50,941 nucleotides of DNA from Octopus bimaculoides (taxonomy: Eukaryota). Shown here piece by piece: positions 11,401-21,753 of this stretch. Location of the stretch: positions 34,004,290 through 34,055,230 of the forward strand of contig NC_068982.1 of NCBI RefSeq assembly GCF_001194135.2, written 5' to 3'. The stretch's first letter is position 1, and every line of letters starts with the position of its first letter. Position numbers and translations under genes: made by a program. Under the pieces are notes generated by a model. It did not search any database and was not told where the DNA came from. It saw nothing but the letters and a program-made list of their open reading frames with translations.

Positions 11401-14147
11401 NNNNNNNNNNNNNNNNNNNNNNNNNNNNNNNNNNNNNNNNNNNNNNNNNNNNNNNNNNNNNNNNNNNNNNNNNNNNNNNNNNNNNNNNNNNNNNNNNNNN
11501 NNNNNNNNNNNNNNNNNNNNNNNNNNNNNNNNNNNNNNNNNNNNNNNNNNNNNNNNNNNNNNNNNNNNNNNNNNNNNNNNNNNNNNNNNNNNNNNNNNNN
11601 NNNNNNNNNNNNNNNNNNNNNNNNNNNNNNNNNNNNNNNNNNNNNNNNNNNNNNNNNNNNNNNNNNNNNNNNNNNNNNNNNNNNNNNNNNNNNNNNNNNN
11701 NNNNNNNNNNNNNNNNNNNNNNNNNNNNNNNNNNNNNNNNNNNNNNNNNNNNNNNNNNNNNNNNNNNNNNNNNNNNNNNNNNNNNNNNNNNNNNNNNNNN
11801 NNNNNNNNNNNNNNNNNNNNNNNNNNNNNNNNNNNNNNNNNNCCCAGTGTTTGATTCACAAATCTTCCAAACTTTGATCCCCCATTTTGTGGGCTTTCCT
11901 GGCATATACTGTTTACACAAATAATCACGTGTTTTCACGAATGTACTAACGAAATTTGCTCGGATATTCTCATTTAAATATGAATAGGTGATTACGGGCG
12001 GTTTTGGGCGGCTTGGTCACATGAACCAAAATTCTTTTCGGGCTGCTTTGGGCAGTTTGGTAACGAAAGGGTTAAGTGCTCATATGGTTGTGAGTAAACA
12101 CAGAAGCTCTCTCGGACCTCATGTCCTTGATTCAGAAAACCATTCAGATGTGAGAGCTAAAGAGAGAGATATCTGCACTAAAATTGGTCTGGTACTTTTG
12201 TCAACAACTCTGAAAGGTTTAAAGAAGCAGTGGACCTCACTAGGAATTGAATTAAGAGTGCTGGGAGCTCTAACAAATATTGCAAGCCACCCTATTAGCA
12301 TTCTACTAAGTGTACTAATCACATGTCTTTTAAACTAATAATGTTTTTGAATTTTGGCACAAAGCCAGTAATTTTAGGGGCAAGAGGATTAATTATTTAT
12401 ATTGACCTCAGTATTTGACTGGTACTTTATTTTATTAACTCCAAGAGAATGCCAGGGGTGTAACCAGCCCACTTATGCATACCTTTCCTTCATTGGACAC
12501 TAAACTCTGCTTGCGAAGACCTGTTGAGGCAAGTAAAATCAAAATCAAACCAAATTCGCAAATTTGATGACTGGTACCCGTGGCAGTGGAACGCTAAGAG
12601 CACCATCCAAGCGTGATCGCTACCAGAACAGCTGACTGGCACTTGTGCTGGTGGCACGTGAAAAAACATTCAAGCAAGGTCGTTGCCAGTGCCACTGGAC
12701 TGGCTCCTGTGCAGGTGGCACGTAAAAAACACCACTTGAGTGTGGCTGCTGCCAGTACTGCCAGACTGGCCCTCATGCCGGTGGCATGTAAAGGCACTCA
12801 CTACACTCTCGGAGTGGTTGGCATTAGGAAGGGCATCCAGCTGTAGAAACTCTGCCAAATCAGATTGGAGCCTGGTGTAGCCATCTGGTTCACCAGTCCT
12901 CAGTCAAATCGTCCAACCCATGCTAGCATGGAAAGTGGACGTTAAACGATGATGATGATGATATATATATATATTTTAAGGTTTTCATGTAAAATTTAAA
13001 GTAACTTTACTGCAGGTATGGCTGTGTGGCTAAGAAGTTTGCTTCCCAACCACATGGTTCTGAGTTCAGTTCCACTGAATTTTTACTATAGCTCTGGGCT
13101 GACCAAAACCTTGTGAGTGGATTTAGTAGATGAACACTGAGAGAAGACACCACACACATCTACAAGCACATGTATGCGTGCGCGTGCACACACACACACA
13201 CACACACACCATCGTCATCATTACCATCATTTAACGTCAATGGCATGGGTTGGACTATTGTATATATGCATGTGCATGCGTGTGTGTGTACTTGTGTGTA
13301 TGTACGTGTGTGTGTGTGAGTGCATGCATGTTTATGTTTGTGTTTGTCCCTTGAAAAGAGACTGATAGAATAAGTACCAAATTTTTTAAAATAAGTACTG
13401 GGGTCAATTTGTTTGACTAAATTCTTCAAGGTAGTGCCTCAGTATGACCACAGTTCAATGACTGAAAGAAAGAAAAGATGAATGATAATTGATAATTTAG
13501 TACTAAATGAAAAAAAAAGCAAAAAAAAAAACAAAATAAAAAATACAAAACTAAACATCTTTTTTAATTCATTTAATGTGTAAAAATTTCTTTGCATTGT
13601 TTCAACTTTCATAACTAAAACTTAAGGTCTGTCTTTATTTGTTTCTCAGAGATAAGACTCAGTTCCGGCATTATATGATTGATTATCTACCCAATGGAAA
13701 ATATGTCATTATAGGAGAGCCAAAACCTCATAAAACATTGTATGACTTAATTAAGTATCACCAAAAGGTATAATTATAAAATTGGTTCCTTTCTTACATG
13801 TTTTTCTTTCTTTTTTAATCAAACCCTCACCCATAATCACACTCACATTTCAGAAAATTATGTTTCTATTATAACTGTGTAGCTCTTTACCTTAGAGATA
13901 ATTCTGTCAATGCTTCTATCCCTCCTGCATGTTTCTATTATAACTGTGTAGCTCTTTACCTTAGAGATAATTCTGTCAATGCTTCTATCCCTCCTGCATT
14001 TACTTCTCTAATTGATGGTTGAATTGGTAGTATTGTTAGAGCAGCAAATAATGTCATCCAGTATTTATTCCAACTCCCTATTCTCAGAGTTCCTGCCAAA
14101 CTCAATTTTGCCTTCATTGTTTCAGAGTTGATAAACAAAGTACAAGC

Positions 14148-14185
<38 letters not shown>

Positions 14186-16646
14186 TCACCACCCCCAACA
14201 GAAATTAGTTGTGCTTATCTCTTCAAAGTTTAAAATGTCCAAGTTACACCCTAGATCACAGCATTGCTCCTCCTAAAACTCCATTATTTTTCTGTCCCAC
14301 TTCCTTTCCCTACTTTTCCAGATTTCATTGAATTCCTCTCCACTTTCACTCTCATACATTTTTGCATTTAATGCAGATGGTGCCTCTGTATAATAGTGAG
14401 GGTTGTTAGAAATAGAAACTACCATATTTGACAACATATACTATGCACATTTTTTTTTTAATGTCTCAAAGAATCATCCTGGGTCCTATATATGAAAAGC
14501 TAATTTTCCCTCATGTTCATTTTTCTCAATATGAGCTGATGAAGTTAGACTGTGTCTAATATGCTTTTACATCTTTTATGCCATCAAATACAGTAAGTCT
14601 CCTTCAAATCATACCCCATTGTCGTGAAAAAGTAGATACATTAGATAATGTAGTCCTAAATATTCCAAATCTAATAGACTGGTCATGACTAGAATGCCTT
14701 TGATCAGTGGTCTGTTCAGTAAAATTTGACTAAGCATAAGCAAACAACAACATCAATGACATTACCATTTCTTTTACTCAAGACTGCTCCTTGTCAACAC
14801 TATTAACCCTAACCATTTTCCCAAGCTCTCCCCACAAGGTCCAGTCCTTGTTGCATTTTGATGACTTGCGTATTCTGAGAGCAATGCCAGCAAATTGCAA
14901 GCTTCAGGTAGGCCCTCCCATGCTGGACAGGTCAAAGGATAGAGGTCAGACTAATATGGACCACCTCTTTCCTGAGGTAAAAATGGGTTTGTGTAGGACC
15001 AGCATGACTACCTAGAAAAAGCAAAGGTACAAAAGCATCAATGAAAATTCAAAGCCAACAAGACTTTGGAGAGAAAGACCTTCCTTTAGGGAAACATACA
15101 GGGCAGCAAAATTTGCATGGATATGGATGCAGAGCTGAAAAAGCAGGGGTTCAACTGGAGAGAAGTAGAAAAAAACAACTCAGAGTCAAAAACAGAGGAG
15201 AAAAGTCATTGAGTGAATGAAGGGGTTAAGAAGATTATCCAAAGCACAAACAGGTTGTAGTAAACATTTTATTATTCATATACCTACCACAGATACTTTC
15301 CAGTCAACACCTGCATCCAGAGCAGTGTCTCTCATGATTGGGAGGCTGTGACGATTGTAAAGAGAGTGAAAGAATTGCCATGTTTAATATAATTAAGATG
15401 TTAATGATTTGTAGAGACATGGTATTTTGTTATGCAACCATAATATACTACAAAGTATATTAAACAATTTTATAAGTCAATACCTTGTACTACTGTGTTA
15501 GCAGTGCCCTTGCATTACTTGTTAAGGCTATCTCTACAAATTTTCTATAGAAATTAAAGCCAGCACTGATCTTGTTTCAACGTTCTGTATCTGAGGTACC
15601 AGAAGGATACAAAACATTATAATAAAATAAGTGCTGACATAATTTCGATAGAAAATCTGTAGAGATAACCTTAACAAGCTAAATTATGATGGTTTCCCAT
15701 TTAAAATGTCCAACACAATGGCAAAGAAAGGAGGGCTATATGAATGCAAATTCTGTTTTGTTTTCTTATTAATGAAGAAGAGAGGGGGTAAAAGTTACAC
15801 TAATATTTTGGTGTTGGCAGCAGTGACAATGGCAACAGTCGTGGTGGCAGTGAGCCTACCATTTGTTAGTTTGAGAACTGCCACTCTAGAACAGTTTTGC
15901 TGAACTCCAATTACTGTTACCTACTCCAGACCATTGTGAAACAAACTTTCCTCCCATTTATTCATGTCCTCTTCTATCTACTTCTTTAGTACTATTAGGA
16001 TTGAAACTCAAATTTAACTGTTTATTTTAATTTTATTTTATCATATAAAACCATTAGAACAAAATCTCCAACTGGGATTATTTGCTGACTGAACCATGTA
16101 GAAGGGTGAGTATATAATTATATCTATGTTTATGCATTTTAGTATATCTAATATGAATATTATACTGGGCAGACCAAAGCCTTGTGAGTGCATTTAGTTG
16201 ATAGAAACTAAAAGAAGTCTATCATATATATATGTGTGTGTGTGTCTTGTATCTATGTTGTTCACCTCATCACTGTTTGACAACTGGCATTAGTGTGTAC
16301 ATGTCCTTGTAACTTAGTAATTCAGCAAAAGAGACCAACAGAATAAGTAACAGACTTTAAAAAATATAAAATAAATACTGGGGTTGATTTGTTTGACTAA
16401 AATTGTTCAAGGCATTGCCTCAACATAACCAGTCTAGTGACTGAAACAAGTAAAAAGGTGAAAAGATAAAAAAAAAAAAATACAGATGTCTGCCTGTGTG
16501 CATGCAAATACATATATACACATACACATAAACACACACACATATATATACAAGGTATGACCACACAAGCCTATGTGACTTTATGCTATTTTAACATATA
16601 AATAAAACATACAATATATACACATATACACACATGCATGCACACA

Positions 16647-16708
<62 letters not shown>

Positions 16709-18062
16709 TTGATGTGAAAAGAATTTATAAATTTTCAAGAGTAAAACTAAATAATTATTTTTCGGAAAGTGGATCTCAAAGCACATGAAGCTATAAATTA
16801 TAGTACCATGTAAATATTAAGTTGAAAAATCTTCTTGAATAAAAAAAGTTGAACTTAAGTTTTTGGAAAATATTTCAGAATGTCAGTTCAAATCATTTGT
16901 GTGCTACTATTTTCTATATTGAGCATCTGTAGATCTCATTTGTTGACACTATATATACATATAGCAATAGAAAAATATTTTCCAATCAATCATAAATATT
17001 ATAGAATTTTTAATAAGCATAAGATTCACATGGCTTATTGTCTCAGCAAAAATATTGCACAAATTATAGGAACAGATAATGTAAAAATAATGTTGAAATT
17101 TCAAAAAAGCTATTATAATCAGAGTAGCATAGTAAATATTAAGCATAATAATGTCAAATGGAATGAAAAAACTCAGATAGAAGAGAAGGCTAAGAAATTA
17201 AAAGTCATTGAAAAGAAAACAAACCAATTTAACGTAGTTAATAATGTTGAATCAAATAAAAGTTCAGCTAGAAATAGAACCAAGATAACATTATCTAAAG
17301 GGGTAAATAATAATAAAAAACTTAGCGGAAATTGTTTATACCATGTGTTGTGTGGAAGTAGAACACCCCTATTGGTTAGCTCCTAATGGACTGTGCCACA
17401 ATATAAATGGACATACGCAGAGAGCCTTCAGCACAGAGTAAAGCTGAGAGTTGCATATTGTCAAGGGTTATTACCAGTATCTTGAGTAGAACAATTTTCA
17501 AGGACATTATTATTATTCCGTTGTATTGTACGTCAAACGTGTGATACAACTGTGGTGATGAGGTTTCGAATAGTACCGAAATGAAAGAGTTACTGAAAGC
17601 AGTTGTAAAAGAACAAGAGCAGCAACTACAGAAGTTAACAGAGTTGTTACTGCAGTCGATAAATATGACAGAATCATTTTCAGTGGACAGTGTTGCATAC
17701 TCCATCGAAGAATTTCAGTATAAACCGGATGAAGGAACTACCTTTACCACATATTACAGATGATACAAAGACATATTCAGAGAGGAATGCAATGAAAACT
17801 TGAATTGGAGATTGTTCATGACTAACTTAATGGACAACTCTACATCAAACAACGCAGAGTAGATAAAAAAAAAAAACTTTAAACAGTTAAATCGAAGGAT
17901 ATTAAGTAAACTGCACTGGTATTAGAGTGGGGTTGCAATTGCAATGGTTACTAATCAGTGCAGTTGAAACATGTGTAGGTCTATGTAAAACTGTATATAT
18001 ATGAAAAGAATTAAAGGTCATGTTATGCAATTTCATAATAATCTTCACTATTATTATTGTTG

Positions 18063-18106
<44 letters not shown>

Positions 18107-19323
18107 TAATAAATGACAAACATTGTTGCAGGAGTTTCCTTGTTCATCCTGTAATGACATCCTTTATGACTATGTTGGCTATTTGGAAATGGAGGAATTG
18201 AAAGAATCTGTAAGTATATACTCTCTCTTTTACATACAAACACACATATACACATCGATGTATACTGCTGCCTCACAATCATCTCAACTCAAAAGACAAT
18301 TGATATTATAGTTATTGATCCAAGACAATTTTCTTTCAAATATTATTCGTCATTTGACACATTCAAATTATTAAACATTTTCAATTCCTCTGATTTAAAC
18401 ATTTCTATGAGAATTTCAGAAATATTTCTTCTATACCTCTAGGTAAAAGGCACTCCACCAAAGCTTCCAGATCGGAGATATAAGCCAAAACCAGTAGAAA
18501 CCGGAGTAAGTACATTCATCTTAGTCAGAGTATAAAATTAAAAAATGTAAAGTGAATGAAAGACAAAGAAATAAAGATGAAGTTGGCCTTCCTTTCTGTC
18601 GTTTTTTCATATAGTTATGTTTTGTTTTGTTTTGTTCAGTGCTTTTTTTTTTGTATCAGGGAACATAACTCTTCGGTCCTTCTGAGCCATTGTTCTTGCA
18701 CTAAAAATATTAATTCTTTAGTGGGGAAAGAAAAGTTTCATTTACTTTTCCGAAAACTGTAGTGCTTATGATCCACTTCCTTTTCCAGCTATTTTTGTAA
18801 AACCTGTCTCATATCCAAGCAGGCACATTTGATAATGTACCTATCTACTAGACTTGAGAAACTCCTTATTATGTAATGTATTTGTATGATTGTTATAAAA
18901 TTAAATATTTATTCTTGAGCGAGATTGTTGCCAGTGTCCCTGGACTGGCTCTTGTGCAGGTGGCATATAAAATACACCATTTTGAGCGTGGTTGTTGCCA
19001 GTACCGCCTGACTGGCCTTCGTGGCGGTGGCACGTAAGAGCACCCACTACATTCTCTGAGTGGTTGGCATTAGGAAGGGCATCCAGCTGTAGAAACTCTG
19101 CCAAATCAGATTGGAGCCTGGTGTAGCCATCTGGTTTCACCAGTCCTCAGTCAAATCGTNNNNNNNNNNTCCAGCTGTAGAAACTCTGCCAAATCAGATT
19201 GGAGCCTGGTGTAGCCATCTGGTTTCACCAGTCCTCAGTCAAATCGTCCAACCCATGCTAGCATGGAAAGCGGACGTTAAACAATGATTTATTTAGAATA
19301 CTAAATTCTTCTTTGATTATGAA

Positions 19324-19363
<40 letters not shown>

Positions 19364-19373
19364 NNNNNNNNNN

Positions 19374-19413
<40 letters not shown>

Positions 19414-20558
19414 CACGCACAGAGAAAGAGAGTGGAGTGAAAGTGGAGAGATAAATAAACAGAAAAAAGTAGCATTCAGCAAATATACTGTATTTTCTGG
19501 CATACAACTTGAATTTTTCAGACCAAAATTTATAGTAAAAAAAAGTTCAGTTGACTTATACACGTAAATGACTTTGGAAGACAAAAACTCCCATGTGAAG
19601 TGCAACAGGATTTGGAAAAAAAAAGTGCTGCTGTTTGAATGTTTACATATGTTTACACTGTATACTTGGACAACTTGTATGCCAAAAAATCCAGTAGTTG
19701 GAGATGTATTCTACATTAAGTTGGTTCTACTTTACTCAAAGTTTCATAAAGGCAAACATATATTTACATCTATAAATGCAGAAATTCAGAAAGAAGTTTT
19801 AAAGATAACTTCTGATTGAAAATATTTGGCTAGGGTATTTATATCGGTCACATGAATAGACTGATGATACACCAATATTGGATAATTACATATATGCTAC
19901 TGGGGGTGGCTGGCTGGTTGGCCAAGAATCTATCTGAAATAATACTTTGTTTGGAACCAAAATCTCCTGTAGACATGACAGGTGTATGCATGCATACATG
20001 CATGTATGCAGTTTTTTAAGTGATGGAATCTGGAATCCTTGACTTTAGTATAATTTTTAAGATTGTTTCCAGGTGCAAATTTTGACAGTTGAATCCTGGA
20101 CTTGTCCTTGAATATACAGATATATGGCAACCCTAACATAGTAGAGAAGACAGTCTTGTATCAGATAATAAGTGGTCTGTAGTGTTTGGATATTGTGTTA
20201 GATTCTGACTGAAGTTACTGGTGTGGTAGTGTTGAGCATACATCAACACTACCACCCTTTGCATGTTGTAGCAGGGTATGATCATGTTACATAGAAGGAT
20301 GGTCAGACAGACATTTACTATTGTTTTAGAGTCCACTTCAGGCTTGCATGAGTCACTTGGAATTTGTTGAGGCAGAATTTCTATGGTTGGATATCCTTTG
20401 TAAGATTACCAAACTTGACCTGTCCAAGTAAAGTAACATTTCCCCATAGCCAGGCATGTTTTTCAGTGAAGACCAGAAACAAGGAGCATCGTTTGTATGT
20501 AGATATTGCTTGTTTTTAAAACCAGCAAATGATGTCAAGACAAGAACAGATACACTTA

Positions 20559-20597
<39 letters not shown>

Positions 20598-20607
20598 AAA
20601 CACACAC

Positions 20608-20639
<32 letters not shown>

Positions 20640-21518
20640 GCACATATGCATGCATGCATCCACAGATGCATATGGTGTGCGTCTTTTAGTTTCCATCTAC
20701 CAAATCTGCTCACAAGGCTTTTGTCGGCTCGAGACTATATATAGTAAGAGACACTAGCCCAAGGTACCATGCAGGGGGACTGACCCTGAAACAACATGAT
20801 TCGGAAGCATGCTTTTAGTCATTTTTTTCCCATACCTGCTGTCTCTGATGAGCACAATTATTAGGTAACTAGTGTGCCTGTGCCATCAGAAATGACGGCA
20901 CGAAAATGATACAGAAAATAGAATTAAAATTAACAGATTACAACTTTTATCTTAGGGATTGCTTCAACACCATTTTCTTGTGAAAACCCTACCACAAATG
21001 AGTTTGCCTCTTGTTTTGGATGGTCCTTTACCAACATTTTAATATTATTACTGCTTCTGCTTCTACACATTGCAACATAACATTGTCCTTGGCTGAATAC
21101 TGGTGATGGTAGGATGATGCCAACATTATTGATGTTCTGGCCTTGTTATTCATTTATAGCCATTGCAAATGCTGGAATAACAGGAAATTGTCATCTACTC
21201 ATATTAAAGGGAAAGGTTGTCTCACTGGGACAGAGACTGATGTGCAGAATAAAGGCCGCCTCTTCTTTCTTACTTCCACTAAGTATTTTTCCATGAATGA
21301 AAAAGTCCTTGATGAACAGCACTAAGATCCAGGTCCAGGTGCTGTATAATGTACATTAATATACTAATTAATATGAGTGCCTATTTTTCTGACATAGATT
21401 CTTAGATGACTGTGTATGTGTGTGTGTGTCCTTTCCCGAGCGTCCAGTAACACAATCTGTATCACGTCCTCACGTTGTTGTTTTTTTGTTGTTTTTTTTG
21501 TATTTTTCCTTTTTTGAA

Positions 21519-21551
<33 letters not shown>

Positions 21552-21722
21552 CGCACCCTCTACACTCTCGAAGTGGTTGGCGTTAGGAAGGGCATCCAGC
21601 TGTAGAAACTCTGCCAAATCAGATTGGAGCCTGGTGTAGCCATCTGGTTCACCAGTCCTCAATCAAATCGTCCAACCCATGCTAGCATGGAAAGCAGACG
21701 TTAAACAATGATGATGATGATG

Positions 21723-21753
<31 letters not shown>

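Noticed and set aside
11042-11938. Long ORFs spanning the N gap (also at 681-1448, 34758-35092, 35712-36538, 39978-40460)
   Set aside because: Length is inflated by Ns; only the flanking piggyBac and RTE peptides are meaningful.
16880-17386. 168-aa AT-rich ORF
   Set aside because: Low-complexity K/N/I composition, no recognisable domain, lies within a myosin intron, and has no convincing splice chain.
19085-19247. Direct repeat of about 75 bp either side of a 10-N gap
   Set aside because: Typical unmerged contig overlap; treated as an assembly artefact.
10106-21662. Recurring peptide [28 protein letters not shown] in several ORFs
   Set aside because: It is the antisense reading of the dispersed SINE, not a gene family.
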